From assembly GCA_963525775.1 (NCBI GenBank), contig CAURLC010000006.1, positions 4,648 to 68,647 on the forward strand: a stretch of DNA of 64,000 nucleotides, read 5' to 3'. The notes under the pieces were generated by a model. It was not told the origin of the DNA. It ran no database searches and worked only from the letters and a program-made list of their open reading frames with translations. Source of the stretch: an uncultured Solobacterium sp. GTDB taxonomy: Bacteria > Bacillota_I > Bacilli_A > Erysipelotrichales > Erysipelotrichaceae. Position 1 is the first letter of the stretch; each line of letters starts with the position of its first letter. Both the position numbers and the translations under genes were made by a program. Below are positions 9,509-18,677 of this stretch, piece by piece.

Positions 9509-10234
9509 GTGAGAATCATTGAGAATACAAAAATAGCACTGGATACTTACAAGATGGTATTACAACCAACTGGGTCAGAAATTGAAAAGTTAAAAGCCTT
9601 AGTACCAGGTCAATTTATCAATATTAAAATCGAGGGCTTCTATTTACGAAGACCAATCTCCATCGCAGATTGGAATGATGAAAGTCTAACCATTATCTAC
9701 AAGGTAGTAGGCAAAGGCACAAAGGCACTCAGTGAAATGGAACAAGGTATTGAATTAGATATTCTTTTGCCTTTGGGAAATGGCTACAACCTAGCTTGGA
9801 TTCCTAATTCATCGATATTGATTGGTGGTGGAGTAGGTGTTCCTCCAATGTATGGCTTAGCGAAAAAATTGGCTGAAACGGGAAAGAAGCCAAGAATCAT
9901 TATTGGATTTCGAGAGAAGAATCAAGTTTTCTATGATGAAGAATTTAGAAAACTCGGTTTAGAAGTCACAGTGTATACAGAAGATGGTTCCTATGGAGAA
10001 AAGGGCTTTGTGACAAATGGGTTTGATCAAGCAGAGTATGTTTGTGCCTGTGGACCTGAACGTATGTTAGAAGCGATTTATCGTAAAGCACAGGATGGTC
10101 AATATAGCTTTGAAGCACGTATGGCATGTGGCTTTGGAGGCTGTATGGGATGTTCGTGCGAAACGCTTGTAGGAAATAAGCGTATCTGTAAAGAAGGACC
10201 AGTTCTTTTACATAAGGAGTTGTTATGGAAGTAA
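9509..10234 (+). CDS. pyrK: Dihydroorotate dehydrogenase electron-transfer subunit
   Basis: C-terminal 2Fe-2S cysteines CGFGGCMGCSC; GTG start after GGAGGG. Confidence 0.92.
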   Translation: MRIIENTKIALDTYKMVLQPTGSEIEKLKALVPGQFINIKIEGFYLRRPISIADWNDESLTIIYKVVGKGTKALSEMEQGIELDILLPLGNGYNLAWIPNSSILIGGGVGVPPMYGLAKKLAETGKKPRIIIGFREKNQVFYDEEFRKLGLEVTVYTEDGSYGEKGFVTNGFDQAEYVCACGPERMLEAIYRKAQDGQYSFEARMACGFGGCMGCSCETLVGNKRICKEGPVLLHKELLWK

Positions 10235-11145
10235 ATACAAAAGTAAATTTAAGTGGGTTAACACTAGATAATCCAGTAATTCCAGCCAGTGGAACATTTG
10301 GCTTTGGAAAAGAATATGTAGACTTTTATGACATTAATATCTTAGGCTCAATTTCCATCAAGGGAACTACCGTTCAAAGACGTAAGGGAAACCCTCAACC
10401 AAGAATCGCAGAATGTTATTCTGGATTGATTAACTCCGTAGGTCTGGAAAATCCAGGTATGGATAATGTAATTCAGAAAGAACTTAAAGATTTAGAGAAG
10501 ATTTATCGAAAACCAGTTATCGCAAACATCAGTGGTTTTTCCATAGAGGAATACGTCACGTTAGCTAGAGAAATGGATCAGGTTGATAACGTTGGTATCA
10601 TCGAGGTCAACATCAGTTGTCCTAACGTAGACCATGGTGGACTGGCATTTGGTACAAATGCGGATAACGTTAGAGAACTAACAAAGAAAATTAAAGAAGT
10701 TACGATAAAGCCTGTCTATATGAAACTTAGTCCAAACGTAACAGACATCAAAGAAATTGCACGCGCAGCTGAAGAAGGTGGTGCAGATGGTATTTCACTG
10801 ATCAACACCCTGATGGGGATGCGTATCGATATCAATCGTAGAAAACCAGTCATCGCTAATAAAAAAGGCGGCTTCTCAGGTCCTGCAATCTTTCCGGTTG
10901 CACTAAGAATGGTATATGAAGTATATGAGTCAACAAATCTTCCGATTATTGGTATTGGTGGTATCTCAAGTGCAGAAGATGTCATTGAGATGATGATGGC
11001 AGGGGCTACTGCTGTACAGATCGGAGCCGCAAATCTAATCAATCCTATGGCCTGTAAAGAAATCATTGAAGAACTTCCACTTGTTATGAAAAAACTAGGA
11101 ATTACTTCACTTGATGAGATCATAGGAATCGCACATAAAGATTAA
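10225..11145 (+). CDS. pyrD: Dihydroorotate dehydrogenase 1B catalytic subunit
   Basis: NSVGLENPG and the NISCPN motif. Confidence 0.95.
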   Translation: MEVNTKVNLSGLTLDNPVIPASGTFGFGKEYVDFYDINILGSISIKGTTVQRRKGNPQPRIAECYSGLINSVGLENPGMDNVIQKELKDLEKIYRKPVIANISGFSIEEYVTLAREMDQVDNVGIIEVNISCPNVDHGGLAFGTNADNVRELTKKIKEVTIKPVYMKLSPNVTDIKEIARAAEEGGADGISLINTLMGMRIDINRRKPVIANKKGGFSGPAIFPVALRMVYEVYESTNLPIIGIGGISSAEDVIEMMMAGATAVQIGAANLINPMACKEIIEELPLVMKKLGITSLDEIIGIAHKD

Positions 11146-11251
11146 AGAGAAAGGAGAGTCATTTAACAATAAATCAGAATTGAAAATAGGCGTTTGATTA
11201 AAGTTTTAAGAAACAATAGTAGTGATGAATCATTGATGAAAGGAAATCATA

Positions 11252-12181
11252 ATGGAAATTAGAAATTTAATCAGCATCACAGATTTTTCAGTAGAAGAAA
11301 TCGATAAAATGATTGGGGTTGCAGGGGATATCATGACCAACCCTGACAAATACATCGATATTTGTAAGGGGAAGAAACTGGCAACGCTATTCTTTGAACC
11401 AAGCACACGTACAAGACTTAGCTTTGAAGCAGCGATGTTAGAACTTGGTGGTTCTGTATTGGGCTTCTCTGAAGCTTCCTCAAGTTCGGCTTCAAAGGGA
11501 GAAAGTGTGAGTGATACGATTCGAACTGTAGGTTGTTATGCGGATATCATCGCCATGAGACATCCAAAGGAAGGCGCACCTATCGTAGCCGCAAGACGAA
11601 CAACAGTACCTATCATCAATGGTGGTGATGGTGGACATCATCATCCAACCCAAACACTAACAGACCTTCTTACCATCACAAGAGAAAAGGGAAGACTTAA
11701 CAATCTTACAGTAGGCTTATGTGGTGACTTAAAGTTTGGAAGAACCGTTCACTCCTTAATCGAAGCGATGTTACGGTATGAGAATGTAAAGTTTGTACTG
11801 ATTGCACCACCAGAATTACGAGTACCACAGTACATCATTGACATGCTTGAAAAGGCAGGGGCTGAATATAAGCAGGTAGAAACCATGGAAGCAGTTATGC
11901 CTGAGTTAGATATCTTATATATGACAAGAGTACAGCGTGAAAGATTCTTCAACGAAGAAGATTACATTCGTTTAAAGGATACTTATATCTTGAATATGGA
12001 CAAACTTGCAAATGCAAAGAAAGATATGGCTATCTTACACCCGCTTCCAAGAGTCAATGAAATATCAGTCGAAGTCGATGATGACCCACGCGCTGCCTAC
12101 TTTAGACAAGCACTTTGTGGTAAATATATTCGTATGGCTTTGATTCTAAATCTTCTCAACATCGTTAAGGAGGTCAAATAA
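11252..12181 (+). CDS. pyrB: Aspartate carbamoyltransferase catalytic subunit
   Basis: [11 protein letters not shown] and HPLPR. Confidence 0.96.
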   Translation: MEIRNLISITDFSVEEIDKMIGVAGDIMTNPDKYIDICKGKKLATLFFEPSTRTRLSFEAAMLELGGSVLGFSEASSSSASKGESVSDTIRTVGCYADIIAMRHPKEGAPIVAARRTTVPIINGGDGGHHHPTQTLTDLLTITREKGRLNNLTVGLCGDLKFGRTVHSLIEAMLRYENVKFVLIAPPELRVPQYIIDMLEKAGAEYKQVETMEAVMPELDILYMTRVQRERFFNEEDYIRLKDTYILNMDKLANAKKDMAILHPLPRVNEISVEVDDDPRAAYFRQALCGKYIRMALILNLLNIVKEVK

Positions 12182-12606
12182 TGAATATCGATGGTGTAAA
12201 AACAGGTATTGTACTAGATCACATTAAGGCTGGTAAATCAATGGAAATCTACAGCTTATTACAATTAGAAAAGCTAGATTGTTCGGTTGCGATTATTCAA
12301 AATGTAGTATCTAGAAAATATGGCAAGAAGGATATTATCAAAATCGATTCTATGATTGATTTGGACTTAGATATTCTTGGCTTTATAGATCCTAATATCA
12401 CAGTTAATAAAGTTGTCGATGGCGTTCTTTCTAGTAAGGACCATCTTCAACTTCCAAAAGAACTTGTTAATGTAATCAAGTGTCAAAACCCAAGATGTAT
12501 TACATCTGTAGAACGTGAGATACCACATGTATTCTATCTAGCAGATGAAACTAGTGGTAAATACCTCTGCAAGTATTGTGATGTAGAAAGTAAACAGAAT
12601 AAATAA
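12181..12606 (+). CDS. pyrI: Aspartate carbamoyltransferase regulatory subunit
   Basis: Zn cluster CQNPRC...CKYC; start overlaps the pyrB stop. Confidence 0.9.
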   Translation: MNIDGVKTGIVLDHIKAGKSMEIYSLLQLEKLDCSVAIIQNVVSRKYGKKDIIKIDSMIDLDLDILGFIDPNITVNKVVDGVLSSKDHLQLPKELVNVIKCQNPRCITSVEREIPHVFYLADETSGKYLCKYCDVESKQNK

Positions 12607-12639
12607 TTGTTTCGAAAAACAATGATTGTTCACACAGGA

Positions 12640-12666
12640 AGAGAGTAAATACTACTCTCTTTTTTC
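12640..12666 (+). terminator. Rho-independent terminator after pyrI
   Basis: AGAGAGTA-aatac-TACTCTCT followed by TTTTT. Confidence 0.8.
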
Positions 12667-12702
12667 TGGATTGCCGTATAATAGATAAAAAGGGGACCAT
12701 AT

Positions 12703-13650
12703 ATGAAATATACTTCACGTAAAAAAACACCACTAAAGTGGCTGAATTTTCTAAAGTTTTTCATTTTACCAGTACAGATTCTGTTTTATATTTTTGTGTT
12801 TGTTAGTATCTTGATGGAACTGTTTGGAACAGATATGTTACCGCATTTACTAGCACCTGTTCTAAATATCTACGGCTATTCGGCAAATCATTTGGGTTCT
12901 GCTTTCTGGCCAATTCTTTCTGTTTTGCTAGCACTAATTATCTTAGTGTATTGGGTATTTGAAATTGAAAGAGGACTCATTAAGTGGGAAGGTCTTTCCA
13001 CAGTATTATGGAATCTTTACTTGGTTATCATGTATGTTATCTGTGGTGGTGTGATGGTTATGGCACTCATGTACCTACCACCAAGTACAGTATCAACTGT
13101 TGTATTGGGATATTTAGTAAACTTTGGTTTGAAAGTTCCTGCTAGTTTTGTATCCTATATTCCACTACTAGTATTTGTGGTTGTATGGCTCATCGCTGGT
13201 ATTATCTATATCTGTTTAAATATCATTTACTTCGTACGTCGTAAGGCACTCTTTGCGAAAGACTACACTGAAGAAGTAGAGAAGGAAACATCTACACTCG
13301 AGGAAGTAAAGACAGAGGAAACAATTCCTTCTGAAACTGAAGAAAAATCTGAAGCAGAAACAACTCCAACTGATACAGTTGAAGAAACACAAGGCGAAGA
13401 AAGTTCAGAAGAAAAGGTGGAAGAAATAACTGAAGAAGAACCGGTCGAAACAGAACCTGTTCTAGAAGAAGCACCGAAAGTAGATCCTGCAGAAACAGAA
13501 GGATATACACAAGTAATCTCAACTGCAATCGAAAATGATACCGCAGAAGTAAAAGAACCTACACATAAAGTTTGTAAGGAATGTGGTGCAGAAGTCTTAG
13601 AAGAAGACGCAATTTTCTGTACAAATTGTGGTAAAAAATTAGAGAAATAA
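12703..13650 (+). CDS. Polytopic membrane protein with an acidic E/T-rich region and a C-terminal zinc ribbon
   Basis: Several hydrophobic helices, a roughly 90-aa Glu/Thr-rich stretch, then CKECG...CTNCG. Confidence 0.6.
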   Translation: MKYTSRKKTPLKWLNFLKFFILPVQILFYIFVFVSILMELFGTDMLPHLLAPVLNIYGYSANHLGSAFWPILSVLLALIILVYWVFEIERGLIKWEGLSTVLWNLYLVIMYVICGGVMVMALMYLPPSTVSTVVLGYLVNFGLKVPASFVSYIPLLVFVVVWLIAGIIYICLNIIYFVRRKALFAKDYTEEVEKETSTLEEVKTEETIPSETEEKSEAETTPTDTVEETQGEESSEEKVEEITEEEPVETEPVLEEAPKVDPAETEGYTQVISTAIENDTAEVKEPTHKVCKECGAEVLEEDAIFCTNCGKKLEK

Positions 13651-13653
13651 AAT

Positions 13654-13700
13654 ATCTGTATGCATATTGATGAACAACATGCATACAGATTTTATTTTTT
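13654..13700. terminator. Bidirectional terminator
   Basis: 12-bp stem ATCTGTATGCAT / ATGCATACAGAT flanked by A-rich and T-rich runs, between convergent genes. Confidence 0.8.
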
Positions 13701-14192
13701 CAGTGATGCGAAGTATCTTTCAAGATACATCTTATGTGCAACAGCGGTAATGATATTGTTTAACATTGGGTGCTTGTCATCGTGAAGGATAGGTGTTTCA
13801 CTTTGTTCATGATGATAGAAGGAGGATAATGTACTCATAAGAGATTCGCTACAGTACTGATATAGTTCTTCCATCGTATCATTTCCTTCATGGAAATCAT
13901 GCAATGCTAAACGAATGTTTTCAATCGATAATACGGTTTTTGCACAAACAATAAATAGTAAGATTGAGATTTGATTGCGTGTATAAGTTTTCTTGTTAAC
14001 ACGGTCAAAGAGTTTTTGTTTTGCATAGTTAGAAATCATGGAAGGAGTAACTTGCATCTCAGGAAACTCAGTGAAATAGCTATTGATGAATTTTGCGACT
14101 TGCTCTAGATAAAGACCGACATCAGGTATTTCGTTATATGCAGGTAAACGAAATTCGTGAAGGGTGCTTTCGATATTTGTATTTGTTTTCAT
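13692..14192 (-). CDS. DUF1836-family protein (MerR-like N-terminal region)
   Basis: YLEQVAKFIN...VTPSMISNYAKQKL pattern; divergent from the hemolysin III gene. Confidence 0.6.
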   Translation of the reverse strand: MKTNTNIESTLHEFRLPAYNEIPDVGLYLEQVAKFINSYFTEFPEMQVTPSMISNYAKQKLFDRVNKKTYTRNQISILLFIVCAKTVLSIENIRLALHDFHEGNDTMEELYQYCSESLMSTLSSFYHHEQSETPILHDDKHPMLNNIITAVAHKMYLERYFASLKK

Positions 14193-14198
14193 AATTTA

Positions 14199-14272
14199 AG
14201 TGTATACGTAAGTAAAGAACTCGTCAACGTTTCACTATAACTCTTGACGGGTTTTTAAATAACCGATAAGAT
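14199..14272. promoter_or_regulatory. Back-to-back divergent promoters for the DUF1836 and hlyIII genes
   Basis: Minus strand: TTGACG (14227-14222), N17, TACACT (14204-14199), N6, ATG. Plus strand: TTGACG (14244-14249), N17, TAAGAT (14267-14272). Confidence 0.45.
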
Positions 14273-14328
14273 GTATATAGGTTAATGAAAAACCGATTAT
14301 AAGTTTTTGAGAATGGAGGTGCTGATGT

Positions 14329-15027
14329 ATGACATATAAAGATATGACAATCAGCCATGAAAAAGAAATATTTGTATTTCGGATTAAGGATTTTTGGAGT
14401 GCGGTAACACACTTTATAGGAATGATTACTGCGATTATTGGTATGCCAATATTACTCATCAAAGCAGCAGCGTATCAAGCATCATTTCTTTCAATGATCA
14501 GCTTTATGATTTTTATGTTAAGTATGATTTTATTGTATGGAGCCTCTGCCAGTTATCATAGTTTTCATGTATCAAATCGTGTAGATATGATTTTAAAAAA
14601 GATTGATCACTCTTCCATCTTTATCTTAATTGCTGGAAGTTATACACCAATCTGTTTAACAGCCTTAAAGGATACGATAGGGCCAATGTTATTGACGATG
14701 ATTTGGATCATCGCAATTGCAGGAATTGTCTTTAAGATATTCTGGGTAACTTGTCCTAAGTGGGTATCATCAGTAATGTATTCGCTTATGGGTTGGCTTT
14801 GTATTATGTTTTTACCACAGATATTAAGTGCGGTATCTATACATGCATTTATGTGGTTATTAGCAGGTGGGATTGCCTATACGATAGGTGCAGTTATCTA
14901 TGCTTTAAAACCAAAGCTTTTAGCTAGTAAATCATTTGGTAATCATGAGATTTTCCATTGTTTTGTGTTACTGGGTAGTCTTTGTCACTATATCTTTGTT
15001 TTAAACTATCTGACAATGTTTCATTAA
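14329..15027 (+). CDS. Hemolysin III / PAQR-family membrane protein
   Basis: Seven-TM profile with the HxxxH-type C-terminal motif (HEIFHCFVLLGSLCHY); SD GGAGGT. Confidence 0.88.
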   Translation: MTYKDMTISHEKEIFVFRIKDFWSAVTHFIGMITAIIGMPILLIKAAAYQASFLSMISFMIFMLSMILLYGASASYHSFHVSNRVDMILKKIDHSSIFILIAGSYTPICLTALKDTIGPMLLTMIWIIAIAGIVFKIFWVTCPKWVSSVMYSLMGWLCIMFLPQILSAVSIHAFMWLLAGGIAYTIGAVIYALKPKLLASKSFGNHEIFHCFVLLGSLCHYIFVLNYLTMFH

Positions 15028-15050
15028 AGTGTATTAATGTGCACAACAAT

Positions 15051-15091
15051 AATCCTCCTGACGGTTACGATAATGCCAGGAGGATTTCTTT
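15051..15091 (+). terminator. Terminator hairpin that contains the SD of the next ORF
   Basis: AATCCTCCTG (15051-15060) pairs with CAGGAGGATT (15077-15086), followed by TTCTTT. Confidence 0.65.
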
Positions 15092-15403
15092 ATGAAACAG
15101 AAAACATTACACATTGCATTACGAGAGTTTGCCTATGAACAATATCACAGCGAGAAAAATAACTTAAGTCCAGAACAATGGGTTGCCTTACTAAATGGAT
15201 ACTACTACAACAAGGAGGCCGCAATGCTAGCGAGTCAGATTGGATTAAATGAAGTCGATGTACAGATTTGGTACTGTCGTTTTGCCTTAGCGGTGACTGC
15301 TTATGCACTCAAACTTTGCAACAAAGCCAAACAAAAAACATACTTCCGTTTATCACCACAGAAGAATGTTACAACATCTATTCCAGTATTTCTTGTAAAT
15401 TGA
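15092..15403 (+). CDS. Hypothetical protein (103 aa)
   Basis: ORF with GGAGGA 7 nt upstream of the ATG; no family recognised. Confidence 0.4.
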   Translation: MKQKTLHIALREFAYEQYHSEKNNLSPEQWVALLNGYYYNKEAAMLASQIGLNEVDVQIWYCRFALAVTAYALKLCNKAKQKTYFRLSPQKNVTTSIPVFLVN

Positions 15404-15432
15404 GTATAATAGAACAAGAATAGGAGAACTTT

Positions 15433-15702
15433 ATGGAAATTCGTTTTGAAGAAAATGGCGCAAAAGCCTATAACGATGAAGGCAAAGAAGTAGGTCTTTG
15501 CGAGTATTATGAAAAGGATGGGAAGTGGGTATTAAACCATACAGTTGTAGATCCATCTATGAAGGGACAGGGTATTGCTGGTAAGCTTTTAGATTGCGTA
15601 TTAGAGCATGCACGAGAAAAGAAGGTAAAGATTGTCCCTGAATGTTCTTATGTGGCACATGCATTTGAAAAGAACCTTGCATTAAAAGAAGAATTTGAAT
15701 AG
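15433..15702 (+). CDS. Small GNAT-like N-acetyltransferase (YjdJ-type, 89 aa)
   Basis: VVDPSMKGQGIAGKLL...CSY pattern; SD TAGGAGAA. Confidence 0.7.
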   Translation: MEIRFEENGAKAYNDEGKEVGLCEYYEKDGKWVLNHTVVDPSMKGQGIAGKLLDCVLEHAREKKVKIVPECSYVAHAFEKNLALKEEFE

Positions 15703-15707
15703 AAAAT

Positions 15708-15729
15708 AAGGTCCTAGTATTAGGACCTT
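15708..15729. terminator. Hairpin between convergent genes
   Basis: AAGGTCCTA-gtat-TAGGACCTT. Confidence 0.55.
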
Positions 15730-16195
15730 ATCGCATTTTTGCGGCTAATTTTCTGGCTTCTTTTTCACCAAGCCAAGTTAAAGAACCATCTTCTAAACGC
15801 TTCATGATAATCGCAACACCATGAGGATCATCTTCCAGATGACCGAGAATTGTAATAAAATCGTCATGTCGTTGAGATGGAATTTCAGCTTCATTATAAA
15901 TGACACAATATCCTGGGCCAAGCTGTGGCATTGGCACTTCAACGAGTTCACGCTTACCGTTATATGGATCATCTAAAGACTCTCGAATGACTTTATTTGT
16001 TTCGTAAAATACCGCATCCATTACGTACTCAGAAGTGTGATCAATATCAACATTTTTCTTCGTATCATCTGTATAATATGTACGTAGAACAAGGTTGCCG
16101 ACAACGACCAATGGGTTATTAGTGCCATATAAGGCAACTGTCGCTACGCGATGATGTAGGTAATCAAATGGGTAAATGAGCTTTTGTTCGTTCAT
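15728..16195 (-). CDS. Hypothetical protein (155 aa from the ATG at 16195)
   Basis: ORF with GGAGATGG upstream of the internal ATG; no family recognised. Confidence 0.5.
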   Translation of the reverse strand: MNEQKLIYPFDYLHHRVATVALYGTNNPLVVVGNLVLRTYYTDDTKKNVDIDHTSEYVMDAVFYETNKVIRESLDDPYNGKRELVEVPMPQLGPGYCVIYNEAEIPSQRHDDFITILGHLEDDPHGVAIIMKRLEDGSLTWLGEKEARKLAAKMR

Positions 16196-16279
16196 TTTGC
16201 CATCTCCTTTATTCAATATAATATCCTTGATGACTATATTTCGCAAGCACCATCTAAAAGGATTGGAGGGAATTTAAAC

Positions 16280-16972
16280 ATGAAAATTCAAATCTTACCA
16301 CTTGTGACGGGCGCACAGAAAGCTACAGGCTTAACTGTCATCATTGATGTCTTTCGTGCATTTAGTTTAGAAGCGTATATGTACGCAAGTGGCGCAAAGA
16401 AAGTCATACCAGTTAAGACGGTAGAAGATGCGTTAGCACTCAAGAAAGAGAATCCATCTTACATCCTTGTCGGTGAAAGAAAAGGTATTAAGGTTGAGGG
16501 TTTTGATTATGGTAATTCACCAAGTGAGTTTGTTGGAGTTGACTTAAGTGGAAAGACGCTAATTCATACAACTAGTGCAGGTGTTCTAGGACTCGCTTCC
16601 GCAGTGAATGCAAGTCAGATTGTTACAGGAGCTCTTGTTAATGCGAAGGCGACCGCAAAGTATATTCTTGAACAAAATCCAGAAGTTGTATCAATTGTAC
16701 CGATGGGTTGGGAAGGAAAGATTGAAACGGAAGAAGATGCCTTATGTGCAGACTATCTAAAGGCTCTATTAGAAAATCGTAATCTTGATGACTTACAAGA
16801 GAGAATCGACCTTCTGAAACAACAAGAAGGCGCCAAGTTCTTTGATCCAAGTAAACCGCAATTTCCAGAAGAGGATTTCTGGCTATGTACAAAGGTTGAT
16901 ATTATTGATGGTGTCAATGTTATTTCTAAAAATGAAAATCAAATTCAAAGTGAATGGATAAAGTATGAGTAA
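16280..16972 (+). CDS. 2-phosphosulfolactate phosphatase (ComB) family protein
   Basis: VIIDVFRAFS and GERKGIKVEGFDYGNSPSE; SD GGAGGG before ATG 16280. Confidence 0.8.
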   Translation: MKIQILPLVTGAQKATGLTVIIDVFRAFSLEAYMYASGAKKVIPVKTVEDALALKKENPSYILVGERKGIKVEGFDYGNSPSEFVGVDLSGKTLIHTTSAGVLGLASAVNASQIVTGALVNAKATAKYILEQNPEVVSIVPMGWEGKIETEEDALCADYLKALLENRNLDDLQERIDLLKQQEGAKFFDPSKPQFPEEDFWLCTKVDIIDGVNVISKNENQIQSEWIKYE

Positions 16973-17759
16973 TCAAAAGAAATACTTCTTCTTTGATATT
17001 GATGGCACATTAACGGATGACGCAACACATCGCATTGTACCAAGTGCGAAGGTTGCGCTACATCAATTAGAAAAGAACGGTCATTTTGTGTCAATCGCAA
17101 CTGGTAGAGCACACTACAAGACAGTTTCGTTTACCAATCAGATAGGCATTCATAATATTGTATGTGCAGGTGGTGGATGCCTTGAATATCAACATCAAAT
17201 TATCAAAAATGAGCCACTTCCATTTGAGAAAGTGCAGGAGTTATTACGACGTGCAGATGAAGAGAATATCGGTTGGCTTTTGATGTTAGAGGATAGTGAT
17301 AAAGTATACATGCGTGACTATCGTTTCCTTGAACAAGCAGGCTTACGAAAGGAACTAACAACATATATCTATGACCCAAGTTTGGATTACACAAAACAGA
17401 AAAATATCCTGAAAGTTTATCTTGCGTTTGATGATGAATATGAACAGAAAAATCCATGGCTAAATTCGATTGCACATTTGCGTATGGCAAAAAACTACTG
17501 TGTATTCCAGCATGATAAGAAAAAAGATGGAATCTTAGATATGATGCAGTATCTACAAGCAGATCCAAGTGATGTTGTTGTGTTTGGAGATGGAAAAAAT
17601 GATATAGTTATGTTTGATAAAAGATGGACTTCTATCGCTATGGGAAACGCATATCCGCCATTAAAGGAACTCGCGAACTATGTGACGGATTCAAATGTTA
17701 ACGATGGAATCTATAAAGCATGTGTCCACTTTGGGTGGATAACGGAGGATAAGCAATGA
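16965..17759 (+). CDS. Cof-type HAD-IIB phosphatase
   Basis: FFFDIDGTL...GDGKNDIVMF. Confidence 0.85.
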   Translation: MSNQKKYFFFDIDGTLTDDATHRIVPSAKVALHQLEKNGHFVSIATGRAHYKTVSFTNQIGIHNIVCAGGGCLEYQHQIIKNEPLPFEKVQELLRRADEENIGWLLMLEDSDKVYMRDYRFLEQAGLRKELTTYIYDPSLDYTKQKNILKVYLAFDDEYEQKNPWLNSIAHLRMAKNYCVFQHDKKKDGILDMMQYLQADPSDVVVFGDGKNDIVMFDKRWTSIAMGNAYPPLKELANYVTDSNVNDGIYKACVHFGWITEDKQ

Positions 17760-18559
17760 ATTTAACAGTTCCTGATTTAACCATTGCATGCATGATTGTT
17801 TCGTGTGTGATTGCGTTTGGCTTACCAATTCTTTTAGCACTGTACTTTCACAAGAAGAAGGGTGAGTTTATTCCGATGATTGTGGGTATCGCAGTGATGT
17901 TTGTGTTTGTATTTACATTAGAAGCAGCAGTCAATCAAACAATCTTTAAGAGCACAATTGGCGAAACCATTCGTAATAACAAGGTTTTATATGCAGTCTA
18001 TGGAGGTTTAATGGCTGCTGTGTTTGAAGAATGTGGAAGATGGATTGCATATCGTACGATATTAAAAAACCGTATGGGAAATGATTCTAATGCACTCATG
18101 TATGGTGTAGGACATGGTGGATGTGAAGCAATCATGATAGTAGGTTTTATGATGCTAAACTACATTACAATTTCTATCATGATGAACAAAGGCACAATTG
18201 GTGATACACTCAGTCAATTGGATTCTACTACACTTGCGAAGATGCAGTTAGCGATGCAAACACTATCGACAACACCATCTTATGTATTCTTATTAAGTGG
18301 TATAGAACGTATATCTGCCTTAATGGCACAAGTTTCTTTATCGGTACTCGTTTGGTTTGCGGTGAAGTTTAAGCACAAGAGATATTTCTTTCTGGCATTA
18401 CTTTTCCATTTTGTGATGGATGCAGGAACTGTTCTTTTACGTAGTCATATTGAAAGTATTATTCTAGTAGAAGTATTTATCTTTGTTGTAGCCGCAATCA
18501 TCGTCTTTGTGGCATATAACGTTTGGTGTCATTTTCATACAACTTCTGTAAAGAAATAA
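17756..18559 (+). CDS. YhfC-family intramembrane metalloprotease-like membrane protein
   Basis: Polytopic protein with FEECGRW and GHGG motifs. Confidence 0.6.
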   Translation: MNLTVPDLTIACMIVSCVIAFGLPILLALYFHKKKGEFIPMIVGIAVMFVFVFTLEAAVNQTIFKSTIGETIRNNKVLYAVYGGLMAAVFEECGRWIAYRTILKNRMGNDSNALMYGVGHGGCEAIMIVGFMMLNYITISIMMNKGTIGDTLSQLDSTTLAKMQLAMQTLSTTPSYVFLLSGIERISALMAQVSLSVLVWFAVKFKHKRYFFLALLFHFVMDAGTVLLRSHIESIILVEVFIFVVAAIIVFVAYNVWCHFHTTSVKK

Positions 18560-18563
18560 AATC

Positions 18564-18677
18564 TTGCGAAGAATTCCAGCTTATGGTATCATTTAACGGC
18601 ACATGTAGTGCGTCACTGTTCCGCTGATATGGTTTAGGTTCATGAGCAGCTGATCAATCGTAAAAGGAGAAAAGAAA
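18564..18677 (+). promoter_or_regulatory. rplS promoter (TTGCGA, N17, TGgTATCAT) plus a roughly 80-nt 5' leader, a possible L19 autoregulatory leader
   Basis: -35 at 18564-18569 and extended -10 at 18584-18592. The leader has short hairpins (GCAC-atgta-GTGC) and a repeated GCTGAT. Confidence 0.4.

Noticed and set aside
10716-11123. 135-aa ORF antisense to pyrD. Similar long antisense ORFs occur at 19956-20390, 34800-35249, 32063-32485, 51139-51498, 30304-30660 and 22373-22720.
   Set aside because: Each lies entirely inside a confidently identified conserved gene on the opposite strand. Their low-complexity Ser/Ile/Pro-rich translations are typical of shadow frames, and none has an SD.
15433-15702. 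The GNAT gene as a TacT/AtaT-type acetyltransferase toxin, with ORF 15092-15403 as its antitoxin.
   Set aside because: At 89 aa the GNAT is about half the size of GNAT toxins and fits the mini-GNAT (YjdJ-like) type. The upstream ORF shows no RHH/DUF1778-like features and is not translationally coupled to it.
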